Shown: piece by piece, positions 39,901 through 46,800 of the stretch
Layout: every line of letters begins with the position of its first letter
Numbering within the stretch: position 1 is the stretch's first letter
Virus record (IMG/VR): IMGVR_UViG_3300042338_000192
Location: 1 to 64,000 of that record
Length of the DNA stretch: 64,000 nt
Source: an uncultured virus (IMG/VR IMGVR_UViG_3300042338_000192)
Lineage: Duplodnaviria > Heunggongvirae > Uroviricota > Caudoviricetes
Reading direction: 5' to 3' (one strand)
Position numbers and translations under genes: made by a program
Notes under the pieces: generated by a model
The model's database searches: none
Told to the model about the DNA's origin: nothing
The model's input: only the letters and a program-made list of their open reading frames with translations

Positions 39901-42594
39901 CAAAATACGCTTAAAAAGTTTAAACCAAATTTAGGTACATTAGGCATTTTTGCAGGAACAGGTGCATCATCATTATTCAATTTGAATGACAGCATTGATG
40001 GATATGTATGGCCAGCTGGTATGAATAATGCCACTGCATTAGCTAAAATAGGATTACAAAATAAGCAATATTCTGAATTATTAGCAAAAAGTGAAAATCC
40101 GTTAGCAGATGCAGCAGTTTTCTGGCAAAACACCAAAGGTTCAACTCATTATGAAAAAGAACTTGCAAAAACTTCAAGTGTATCTGGTCATTCTTCTATA
40201 AACTATTGGGAAGATTATTTCGGACAAAAGGCTTTAGATTTAATCAATACATACCATCCTGACGCTTCTAATAATTATTTAGGCACAGCAGTACAACCTA
40301 AGCCTAACGCTCAAGTTCAAAAAATATTAGAAGCTACAGAAAAAGCTTTTGAGTTACCTTTGAAAGCAGATGGATCTCCATATTCAGATGATGATATCAA
40401 AGCAATTCACCAAGGATTAGTCGATTCTAATATTCTAAGTAAAGTTGTTGCGGGATCTACTAAAAGTGCTGTAGGCTTAAATGGGTTCCAAATTCCTTCT
40501 AATGTTATGGCCAGTTTGCTTAAAGACGGCCAACTAGGTACAGGTAGTTGGGCATTAGAGAAAAACAGTGGAATGTACAATTACACTGAAGAAGCTGTAG
40601 CAAATGGTACAAAGATGCGTGAGACTGTCTTAGGCCTTACTAGTGCTGCAGGTGATCTCGTAACAGAGAGAATTCCTACAGATAAGCCTATGTTAGAGTT
40701 GAATAAAGCAGGCAAGTGGGAATTACCAAAAATAAAGGTATCAGAAGACACCACCAACCGTTTAACAGCTAAATTGATTTCAAATGTAGCTACTGGAAAA
40801 TCTAAAGTCAGTGATTGGATGCAACCTAAAACATCAGATTTAGTAGATTACTCAAAAGCTGTCAAAATTGATTTATCAAAATTTGGTACTAATAAGCCAA
40901 ATACCAGTATAATGGATACAATCACTAAGAATTTAACTCCTGCTGGTATTAAAAAGTTTGGTACAGATGGCAGTCAACTAATAGCAGATCTTGCAAGTAA
41001 GATTTATAAGTCAGGTGTTGATGTTGCAATTACAATGCAAGACTATTATAAAAGTTTAACTGCAGATGGGTATGCTCAATCTATCGCTGTCAACAGTATT
41101 CCGGATGTAATGGCAGCATTGCCTAATATTCCTGTTAACAGTTTTCCTTTTGGCGTAGATGAGCTAGCCGGCGATTTTAGTAGTTCAATTGGGAAGCAGT
41201 TTACTCTAAAGAATCTTACTAACCAGCCTTTAAATACTGGATATTTTCCAAATGATTCTAAAATTGGTTTATCAGATTTTGACGCAAAGATGGCTCAAAG
41301 CCAATTAAATAATCTTATGCAGTATGTTAGATCTGGGAAGCCTATGACAGAAGCTCAGAGACTTGGTGCTGAATGGGTATTACAACAAAATGGTCAAGAT
41401 TTTAATAAATTAGCACCTCCTTCGATGTTTGACAAAGCTTTGAATTGGATCATTCCAAATGCAGGCGCTAATGCAGATGTTCCGCCTGTATTGAACTTCT
41501 TAACTTCTCCATCTAAAGATGTATTATCAAAATTTTATCCAAAAGTATTTTCAGACCCTGTGGTATCAAATAAGATCATTGATGATTTAGCGCCAGATAA
41601 TGTACTAGATAGTACTACAACAAGTGCGTTATTAGAGAATATTGATTTTTCAAGTCTTGCAAAATCCTTAAATGGCAAGTTAGTAAGCGACTGGGGCAAG
41701 GATATGATAGCACCAATGCTATCAGGCGTAGAAGTATTAGACCAATCTACATACCCTAATCCTGAATTCGGTATTTGGGATCGTATGTTAAGCTGGGTAG
41801 GATTATCTGATAAGCCTGAAATTTTAACAGCAGAACAACATGATGATTATGAAACTTTCAAAGGTTACAAACCATTAGCTATTTCTAAACCAGTAACACC
41901 TTCGTTATTTAATTTTGGAAATGATCCTATTACTAAAGTTCCAATGTTGTCTATAGGTTCTGGTAAGTTATTAAAAGATTGGGAAGCAGATGAAAATCCA
42001 CTAATTACTCTTGCTAAGGATTCGCAAGGACAGGGGTTATCATCTAACTGGGATGCTGGATGGAAAAATGATTTTGGATTTAGTGATAACCAAATGACAG
42101 ATATCACTCCAATGGTTGAGGCAATATTCTCAGCATTTACCAATGACCCTGTTGGAACCATCGCATCTATTGTTACTCCAGCTGCTCAACAGACAGTAAC
42201 AAGTTTGTTAACTGGATGGTTATTCAGCTCAGTTATGGGCATGGCTACAGGCGGTTTAGTTAAAGGGCCGGGAACAGGAACTTCTGATTCTATTCCTACA
42301 ATGTTATCTAACGGTGAGTTTGTAATTAATGCAGCATCGACTGCAAGAAATAGACAATTACTTGAAGCTATTAATTCAGGTGCAACTATTTCATCTGCAG
42401 CTTCTCCTATTATGGCCGTACCAACTGCATCAAAAGCTAATAGTACGACAAATACTATTACTAATAATAGTGTTATTAATATGAATATAACAGGCGATAT
42501 TTCTCGCCAAACACGTGCTGAGATTTCACAAATGCTACCGCAAATCGCGGCTGGTGTGAATCAGTACAATCGTGAGCGTAATTATAGAGGTTAA
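24907..42594 (+). CDS. Giant tape measure protein (5895 aa) with lytic transglycosylase domain and Trp-rich repeats
   Basis: N-terminal tape-measure motif ANAALFQLNQGLSAGALRGEELNSVMEQTP. SLT motif LGIVE3073S...GAIGVMQL...YNVG. Three GxGTGTSDS..LSNGEF motifs. Follows the chaperone genes. Confidence 0.93.
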   Translation: MTGIVIDIEAKVDKAQGSIDALARSLAKISQNTNNIEKALTEGSLSKEIGKKPTESISKLNKESSNFKDTLTKTDKTFTGSFLNKSSDLKVNKSLDKTGDSLRSINDLAVGLAGNLKAAFGAVAFGGAFAGLTKVSSDFQDLENQIANVVGRSEQLAATMLSLNDVALRTRTLYASTTTVFTGFGRAMKDTRVSMETLLGVTETIQKAVAVSGASTDSANAALFQLNQGLSAGALRGEELNSVMEQTPRIAKAIADNLDVSLGKLRELASTGQVTTAVVMKALLDQAKQINKEFAVMKPTMAQGVSKLGEMIKSIASEFEKGLGLSDFFGEFLSDAIHALSEVSKNAFEMGVNFGRVITNIKERMKDFAEPIIFGFEKIVLKVKLLLGALGISTFVKKEIGEAKYIFDAYIKTAVRSYEAYGAVLRTLGKRGVGKGIWSVDDSPMIITAFKNTFLVYKSQLSVLGSRMLSSGRVLKENLKSVFAMLPQMLGEVLIAKKTGYLLKTYMSDILDFRAEIPRVIGRMGVYLFDALSSMFSRIAKGLVVSDLFSSFIARSSDNRKVAKILNDIFYFIASKLSEGFNYLSDKTKELTDWSFLDYITNRSQTITGRLRDSFASLFQMKGPSLSFRKVFNIVVIQLDEFYNKSIIVFDKIQKAFNKFGVTTKFAKMFSGVTQDTNKALAGIKSYFRSLQNELVIKFESDTFAKNIGKVFKSLQGTGTILKVLAKTLYQAFVTIKSTLSSINEAFDTAGVYNRLLQGLRFIEKLFGNFIKGIRGKLKDLESSTNISFSAKDLAKSINKLFDGIENQTNKLEKAFGAISKFGENVIEVFFKIYDAVIGNSWWTDTIDSIISTVRSLKNNTDGGLKQFAGNTIRVFQAIYEVVISIFKRISTVDISSNLQKMLEAVKTISPMAANVLSSIGDGVVSSFRKIRSIVADTLRSDFVISISTGNFRKSIEIAKDFAKNLFDGLPEELKHSLTAFANVFGLAFVSLLLPENRITSMLGGLFLRAAIAAGLAFANVFADVRFGVSFSVEAGKVAGKVAGTVLLGILADLPAIISNLLGFIGGAVEGFLKSIPIVGTVASMVYGILDLFQFSTAGGLIGALLFGGPALKMLSTLGIFEKQISRIFKVTGSIGSFFGGTMANTAVAGHNMTRLMTNPAHVGMGPPLPPGVGYQSRPQTAMSRASSSFFSSGNVVSSSAMVALVADQLGMFDQVFYDSPLGHAYMQGGLIALALMGPSGIDAIRSKIIYPVMRELSMLFPEGTIRGNLVRMFGMLGSMVRDPSILANLFAGMRERFASAFTGTGTGTFFSRLLFGPTGIPATSLGAFYNSIESAYNYATTRFAAVSPLLASAFGHPIVKWIMLAVAALGALTFSNMSSADTMTPSLNGETFYRGIQEAPQGPPTDLINKPRAETVKPYHRIPVPSFREMTGRGTGHTVLQKIADEVGYGYDRLSLSITNGLKNLIQNISDILPTSLKGMWDSLTPSQVAIGGIALLAGALTALYKPLINLQLALSPITLFRAALAALGNQLLAFQGIAATSGLKSVGLNMKSYTGLYVSALWDTMRQASPILDKLASKIGGSSIVKNLGANISKYSSELKQGMSDRTMAEAVAADLRNRKRTYKEERTSRFDRFRSAFEPNPSKGPETKGQTAVRGFARFLQESSAPITSGAGTVLQQGFQKFPNLTKVFDTVKEKGEILARTSPDKFVPRLKLYTAELYAMARATAILRETMGGKFVSLWLAEVAGAMGGLTGLTNRITLMTKALALMVNTLKFISTWRAAIVSVGAAVLFRIPFLESTDEFKKAGERGRKAFMGSFELGGSHVDVAATLFGGLIPAIAAGVVGVQRSRFNAAKELANNVLDTKISQGLTPANVDRSLYTSNAAIKKQLLQKDLEAQYAGMTPADRRKDFNRMGSYGGLPMNQASYMQYYMANPNRALLGAKGALTKGIAGAGATATTLVAAGAAGAYVGNKIGGETGAGIGAGLAMMFSSMVIPKITSFFITIAKFIPRLFLGFNIFALTGGILAMYLMGSNGTLMGALDDIYEKVKKILGIHSAAKDKKTGLLKSEADTATQYGISLKYDARLIDESNIEDPQIFERYTKAQETFKSSMEALKNAEDKGGSGDKSALQKDAEKAAEVLNKKAAEAMRASRFNMQKTVDLFKNFTVERSTRLDEVFGGADSLSLPTRKGSKASGTISAREMTMSTAYLTPEQDAVKARIFELKAMADEAVKLGELPGLDENFKMSLAVASNDVYKYTTKINEDLSSMSMQNLLGSPDLKVDISYFEKSVDALGKFVSRAKEIAKALADEQIYTNLVSSLVGNLKDANVSITANDILPESENNAAISRLQQLGLEAKRLKDHLDHTFSTKDRNATLSTLRAVEREAKLAQEMAADTATIGPVALAKNIEKLGIRGVEALRFVNEKATLDIKQATYGQMMTTSPERISRALVGNDLRTNVQRGVQSPPRDLNIKEVNAPEQVPFKSVNPAFIKTPSIYDIPALNMLGAPNKFSLLPKATTRDLSSFLPPALKEPLIIPIDDKVTAESLNRFALKVVAARANIEATLTKPEDKPNPFLKDTAEWIKVERENATAADNYNKRLEERKYDLENIDLWMVQLAADTKRFQDTDPFAKALQGLKDIETSGINYQQVFKDFGRADADKAATNIARLKNAIQDLRDGKYKIAGGDPQGLINNYEDELARAEAAIAHREIQFPEFGLDAPRKFRAVSVDLLKEIDSVDKQIFNLNSDIKLAGNDTGKIKTLSIELAKAEKRREEIKAGFADLTSKTSTVNEVFGSNMSTALMAGLPSKLWAQLSGTATQYKTALEEAMKESDMTSSTEALATSFENLKSHTSFLGFFVDMKTRLKETITDGFTSSFEKIKSGLPDLNINASQYAALPTTQKVELKNRADTIYFAEALQKMDSMSGEMYNFATDKLKGGMPIKDILSGMESRFGKEFANLNIAGKLTPPQSFSEMLLTAGADIKSGASEFRGAVTDLIAGKPATGGTAESPQTAIPQSELAPMPKASSMAVPEGFSAKELNNSTYDAIFKEAATKYNVDWIALKALGIVESRLKKDAVSDKGAIGVMQLVPRWHKLNDYTDARENIFAGAKYYKSGLKRNNEDLAMTAGGYNVGFGNSYNNTETQNQISRFRDVYGYLKGAPVADTSAPVTKVDGTLNTVALKANTVKDEMASAFQLWIETYKIAANNQETLNTANADLVKAGGALGRETQKTLITEAGFTEDAFLGMNTELKNYALTVAGKINQLKADIDAAIKAGKPTEQFLQDRLNASAGVEGTNKGLAANTMPTTLKEMDAFRKASTGNITAFLREYSGLSAENIDLMTEEDKVKTGILVHQQADLEYQMAVDAKAGKSTVDTAGKILSLGDDIKDMGDKSEVAAASIRAARDAGKAFSSTLTTGFTDAFKGLLRGEKDSGQNAFQTFASKLKQNLIDSTINSFSTGVTNSLGFGKGGAVENMASGLGEGIFKMFDKGINSIPGVTTASAATSNFSKSVGSFFKNDVGNFFGFAEGGPIVGPGTGTSDSIMAKLSNGEFVINAKSTAKYGNLINAINNDKLPKFALGGMVNKIANAETRSPLFSNIPVLEKPTQTNVTIDTEILDTSAFKLNKSATDLSDSAAKGSSLWDKLAAAAGGSTPVTSLTGVGVDVGKQVLKFFSDTGKWAWNGLIDVGSKVGTFFSDSAKWAWNGIVDVSTAIGDFISKNAKWAWNGIVDVGSKVEDFFSDTTKWAWSGLVDVSTKVGAFFANAGKWAWNGLIDVSTKVGAFFTDSAKWAWNSLIDVGSKVGTFFADARKWAWTNLVDVGSKVGDFFSDTTKWAWDGIVDVGKKVGTFFADTGKWAWSGIIDVGKKVGDFFLDTTKWAWSGIIDVGAALGDSISKNAKLVWDGVIDVGKKVGDFFTDTTKWVWTGIVDVGKKVGNFFTDTTKWAWDGIIDVGKKVGNFFTDTTKWAWTGIVDVGAKVGGFFTDNAKWAWNTAVDISASIGTWVTTNAATLWKGTVNLGADIGKGITWAWTSAIDLADSAKTWIETAANNFWKGSIDLGTKAGDWIGTTTSKFWTGTVALGTKVGDWIGTSANNFWGGTVALGTKAGDWITTKASDFWTGTVAVGTKIGDWIDTTSSKFWTGTVDIGTKLGSWISTNASTLFTNAGQVLTDTGATLAETGKVAWSGIVDISSSLTAWLKETANITWSGIADVSSSIGTWIGTAGNWTWTKAVDVSKSVTDWLGTAANITWSGLADISTSLSAWFTTKAGSFITGTLDVGSQVVNTVGSTLAETGKIAWSGIVDISANLKTWLGTASNIVWSGAAEIGESLKTYLSKAGNWVWNTGADISVSVGTYLKTAGNWLWSTAVDIGDSVSKAVPTIAKWAWTSTVDISKSVTSWLGTAANITWSGIADISSSLGSWFTTKAGSFITGTLDVGKQVVSSTAAVISDTSKIIWNGTADIGTSLKTYLSKAANWTWTTATDLGAGITAFIDKSANWAWAKAIDVGANIKAFLAKGANWVWTNAVDIGTALTSFVTTKGNWLWSTATDLSATVGSKIKDLATFTWGGVVDMGTTVGDSLTQWFRDFEMPAFEPSSWVNQAKVVGGAVWDWVAAGFKSLDKLDFSKFISSIFKTGGVTGTPNADAKIGGGIFQGSGTGTSDSNVIRISNGEYIIPAKQTAEYADVLNQIRAGTFGKGMPEGVNLGDYAKGIETGKYSTTSNKGFFDAIGKLKTYDAAGNPTGHYWKSEYAPIMDSLGSAFTSGLPSNSSVAYNGKSYNIAAFNKLMMKGISGAGQLVRTALGKYSWDNTGEMSDWTPDISETPIAGTSQYTMEQLRYTFGKQGEAIGYSDIKPTDMTTKFILSDNGARQVPNLLNDDSNWFGTGILLPNDPSMSVEDMAAIRAHNYLNLRRFDSIADKQTGKGLLRVFNQNPKTKAFEPAKGSLGPWRTQSEVNKLIENSGYLGNTQFFDNTTVAQMDAVREASFPVISAYNEESQNTLKKFKPNLGTLGIFAGTGASSLFNLNDSIDGYVWPAGMNNATALAKIGLQNKQYSELLAKSENPLADAAVFWQNTKGSTHYEKELAKTSSVSGHSSINYWEDYFGQKALDLINTYHPDASNNYLGTAVQPKPNAQVQKILEATEKAFELPLKADGSPYSDDDIKAIHQGLVDSNILSKVVAGSTKSAVGLNGFQIPSNVMASLLKDGQLGTGSWALEKNSGMYNYTEEAVANGTKMRETVLGLTSAAGDLVTERIPTDKPMLELNKAGKWELPKIKVSEDTTNRLTAKLISNVATGKSKVSDWMQPKTSDLVDYSKAVKIDLSKFGTNKPNTSIMDTITKNLTPAGIKKFGTDGSQLIADLASKIYKSGVDVAITMQDYYKSLTADGYAQSIAVNSIPDVMAALPNIPVNSFPFGVDELAGDFSSSIGKQFTLKNLTNQPLNTGYFPNDSKIGLSDFDAKMAQSQLNNLMQYVRSGKPMTEAQRLGAEWVLQQNGQDFNKLAPPSMFDKALNWIIPNAGANADVPPVLNFLTSPSKDVLSKFYPKVFSDPVVSNKIIDDLAPDNVLDSTTTSALLENIDFSSLAKSLNGKLVSDWGKDMIAPMLSGVEVLDQSTYPNPEFGIWDRMLSWVGLSDKPEILTAEQHDDYETFKGYKPLAISKPVTPSLFNFGNDPITKVPMLSIGSGKLLKDWEADENPLITLAKDSQGQGLSSNWDAGWKNDFGFSDNQMTDITPMVEAIFSAFTNDPVGTIASIVTPAAQQTVTSLLTGWLFSSVMGMATGGLVKGPGTGTSDSIPTMLSNGEFVINAASTARNRQLLEAINSGATISSAASPIMAVPTASKANSTTNTITNNSVINMNITGDISRQTRAEISQMLPQIAAGVNQYNRERNYRG
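35904..38760 (+). repeat. 66-bp (22-aa) Trp-rich tandem repeat array inside the tape measure gene
   Basis: About 15 near-canonical units VDVGxKVGxFFxDTxKWAWxGI, followed by diverged 22-aa units. Confidence 0.9.
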
Positions 42595-42595
42595 T

Positions 42596-43402
42596 ATGTC
42601 ATACGGTATCCTGAACGGTACTGCATTGATTGCTAAATTTATTGCACCATTAACAGTTAAAAGTAATCAACCAGTATTTAGTTCGGATACCCTTTCATTA
42701 TCTAGAGTTTCGGTAAAACGTAATGTCCAACGTTGGGAGATAGATGCAAATCTTGAACCCCTCGTTGGTACTGCTAACGATTTATTTGCACATCTAGTAA
42801 CTAAAGGGTCATCCGAAAGTTTTAAAATTAAAATGCCTCAGAATTATGGGGCACAATTACAAATAGAAAAACCATTAGAAATAACAGCAACACTAAATAA
42901 AGAAAATGGTAATGTGTTTACAGTAGTAACCCCATCTAATTTTAATTATGTAAGTGTCCTTAATAAAAGTATAATTGGTGTTGGAATAATAACATCTACA
43001 GATGCAGTAGCAAAGACATTAACTGTTACAACTTTAATTCCTGGGAATCCTGGACATAGTGAACCTAAGTCTTATTTTATTGACTCAGAAACGGAATTGA
43101 CAGTTGGCGCAGCGCTTGCTGGTGTAACTAGTCTACCAATTGTTTCTAATACTAATAAAAAATTGCCAGTAGGTCTCTTTATAACTTTCGGTATTGATCC
43201 AAAGGTTTATATGGTGGTTAGCCATACGACTTCTTTGGTAATATTTCCAGAGTTACGATTGCCAATAACTACTACAACGGCTGTAAAATATACAGAAGTA
43301 GAAATGAATGCCAAGTACGATACAGATGTTATCTCAGGCATGGTGTACAGCGATGGTATTATGATGACCACAGGCCAAGTTAAATTGATAGAGGCGTTAT
43401 GA
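42596..43402 (+). CDS. Putative distal tail protein
   Basis: Start refined to ATG 42596 (GAGG RBS). First gene after the tape measure; QRWEI and F..DPKVYMV motifs. Confidence 0.6.
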   Translation: MSYGILNGTALIAKFIAPLTVKSNQPVFSSDTLSLSRVSVKRNVQRWEIDANLEPLVGTANDLFAHLVTKGSSESFKIKMPQNYGAQLQIEKPLEITATLNKENGNVFTVVTPSNFNYVSVLNKSIIGVGIITSTDAVAKTLTVTTLIPGNPGHSEPKSYFIDSETELTVGAALAGVTSLPIVSNTNKKLPVGLFITFGIDPKVYMVVSHTTSLVIFPELRLPITTTTAVKYTEVEMNAKYDTDVISGMVYSDGIMMTTGQVKLIEAL

Positions 43403-43896
43403 GAAATTTTGCGACAGGAACATTAAAAGATATGTTCGTTATTGCAACCATAGGAAGTATAAATACGACTTCTAGTTATAAAAATGAGACGGTAGAGGGT
43501 GTTGTTTACCTTGCTGATTCTCGACTAGTTTCTGTATCACCTATAGTTGTTTCAGATATAAAACAGGTTACATACGGGATAGAGTTAGCTAACTCTTCTT
43601 TAAGCAGTTTCTCAAATGGAATGCCGGTAACTGTTAAAAATGTATATGTCACTGATAGTGATGTAACAATTGTAATTGCATATAAAGGTGTTATCTCAGG
43701 AATTGATTCCTATTTGAAAACAGATGCTATTGGAGAATCCTTAATTAAACTCACATGCGCAAGTCCTATGTATGTCCTTGATTCAGTTGCGGGATGGCAC
43801 ATTAGCAAGGACTATCCACCTGCAGTAGGCGACACTTGCTTTGAAAGATCGCAAGATGATGTTTCTAAACTAATGCTTCAATGGGGTAAGAAATAA
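43399..43896 (+). CDS. Minor tail/hub protein
   Basis: Y.G.I...LTCASPM..LD...DTCF...LQWGK pattern; position in the tail tip module. Confidence 0.6.
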   Translation: MRNFATGTLKDMFVIATIGSINTTSSYKNETVEGVVYLADSRLVSVSPIVVSDIKQVTYGIELANSSLSSFSNGMPVTVKNVYVTDSDVTIVIAYKGVISGIDSYLKTDAIGESLIKLTCASPMYVLDSVAGWHISKDYPPAVGDTCFERSQDDVSKLMLQWGKK

Positions 43897-46800
43897 TGAT
43901 AACATTTTCTGATATTGTTAAAACAGGTCTTATACTTTGGGCAATCTATGAAGAATGGACTAAGCCTGAGCCGCCTGAAAAGACAACTGGTATAACACCT
44001 GAAGCTAAGATGGTAACAGGATACTTACCTTTAGTATATGGTAGAGGTCTTGTCGAAGGGACATTAGTATATGCAGACACTACAAAGAAATTTACAATGA
44101 CAGGTGTCACAGTTAATAGTCAACAAACTTTTCAAGCTGGTCCGTCTGCCATTCCAGCATCTTCGTTATCTGTCGTAACTATAGATCCAACAGATGCTAC
44201 AAAAACAATCACATCATCTCTAATAGTGCCTGCACAATCGGCACTTAAATTAGACACTACATATCCAACTGATGCAGTATCAGATTTACTATATGCACAG
44301 TATACTATCGCAAGGGGTGATATCAACCGTGTTGTAGAATGTCTTGTTGATGATAAATACATCTCATCTCCCGACTTAGGAGGTAGCGCAAGAAGTAAAT
44401 GGGATAGCAAACATTCTAATCAGTCTGCTCTTAGGATTGATATACATACAAATGGCGGGACAGACGCAGTCATGACTGCAAATCAACCTAGACGTAAGGC
44501 AGCAGCATTTACTAATATTGCGTATGCTTCTTGTGCGTTTAAATTGAATGCAATGAATCCACAGTTCACTTCCGTTCCAAAGGTTAAGTTTCTTATCGAA
44601 GGTCGAAAAATAAGAACAACATTGAACCCGGGCAATACAGCAATTTTGCCTACTAGGGTGTATTCTAATAACCCAGCTTGGGTGCTATTGGATTATTTGC
44701 TAGATTGTGGCAGCTTGGACGATTCTTTGAGAATAACAGAATCTATGTTAGATTTGAATTCATTTAGAGAGACTGCAGCTGTTTGTGATCAAGTCATTGC
44801 AAATGCTGATATGAAAGTCATGTCTGCAAGAAGTGGCAAATTTTACAACCCTACTCAACTAGGTAATACTTTAGTTGCTCCTTATAATGCGGCACCGTCA
44901 GTTACAGAACCCTTACGTAAGTATGAATGTAATATTGTACTAGATACTTCTAAATCTATTTCAGAAAATGTAAAGTCTATTTTGCTATCTATGCCGGAAG
45001 CTTCTTTAGTCTGGTCTGGGGGTAAATATAAACTACTCTTAGATAATCCTACAGGTGTCACAATAACAGATAGCGATTTAGTGCTATCACAAGAAGTGCT
45101 TAAATCCTTTCCACCGTCATCTTCTAAATATAACTATTGTACAGTCACTTTTAAAAATGAATCAGCAGAATTTGTAGAAGAGAAAGTATCATGGCCACCT
45201 AAAATTACCGATTCAGCGCCCTATAGAGGTGTTGGACCTTTTAGATACAGTCGATCCACCCGCACTAACTGGGGTGAGGAAAATAATGGTGCAAACGTAG
45301 GGCCAACTCTTTTAAACAATTATGCCGTATGGTCTGGCGAATCCGCTGGGTTTACATTTGTTTACAAGATTTATATACCTACAGCGTTGGCTGATGATTA
45401 TAGATTGAGAATTGCATCTGGAGACTCCAATCACCGTGTAAGGATGGTGAATCTCGAAACCAGTGTCATGATTGTCGATGGATACGCTTCAAATGGGTTG
45501 TATACAAGTAGCGTGAAGGCTTTGACCGCAGGCAGATATTCCATAACAGTCGAATGTACGGGTGCTGCTTTATTTGGCATGGCAGGTACGTTATCACAAG
45601 CTACGAGCGGTGCCCAGATTTGGAACAGTGCAGATGAAACTTATACCGATTTCATTGCAGTGCCGAGTGACTCAGGGAAATACAATACACTCCTTTCGCA
45701 AGACGGTTATATACTATCTTCAAATGAAATATCGGCTTCAGGTATAACTGACTACTACCATGCAGCGTTATTAGCTAAGTACACTGTTGAGAAAAGTAGA
45801 GACACTTATGCAATATCTTTTAGTTATATTATAACTAATAAGCTATTAGAGCCTGGAGATATTGTAACGCTTACAAGTAAAACAATAACTAATTCAGTTC
45901 CGACTAGGCTAAGAATTTTACAAGTTGAAATTGATATTAATAATATATGTAAAGTATCTGCTGTATATGCGCCTGTCTTAAATTCAGATATTACTGAATT
46001 TTTAGCGCCTACTGTCAGTGTCCCTGTAACGAGCACTGTTGTACCTACCCCTTCTAAGCCTGTTTATACGCCTTATTATGATCCAAAAAGTACTGCACTG
46101 GGCGAAGTAAAATGGACTACAAATGATTCATTAACAGTGAGTTATGACTTATATTATGCTAGATACGAAACACAGGGTGTGGCCACTTTTGTATTACTCG
46201 CATCAGACATTAAAGCGACAACATATAGCATTAACCAAATTATTCCATACATTAGTACTGTTTTTGCAGTTAGGGGTTATAGAGCTGACGGGACGTATTC
46301 TGATCTTGTTGAAAGTGATCTAGTATTAAATTTAAATACATTTAATACAAAAATGATAACGGCTAGTGTTTCTAAAATAGAACGCAGTGAAATCGGAGTA
46401 TTGGTACCTACAACAATAACTTTTAGCACTCCTTACGCATCGGCGACTCACCAGTGGACAATAGCTGGCGTTGTGCAGACAGATACGAGCAACTCGATTA
46501 CAGTATCAACTACGAATGCTTCAATGGCTACGAGTGTAAAAGTTGTAGACGCGACGACATTTTCAATAATGAGCGATTCATTAACAATTCCGTTCACTCA
46601 ATTAAAAACAACTTCATTTACCAGTACTATATTTAAACGTAGTATTTTAAAACCTGATACACCAACAGACGGCTCTTTCTTACTACCTGTACCTTCCGGC
46701 TGGTCTGATGGCATACCGGAAGACAATGGCACCAACCTGACAGTATGGATGAGTAGTCGTTTATTTACAAGTGATGGAGAATCACCTCAAGCGCTAGTAT

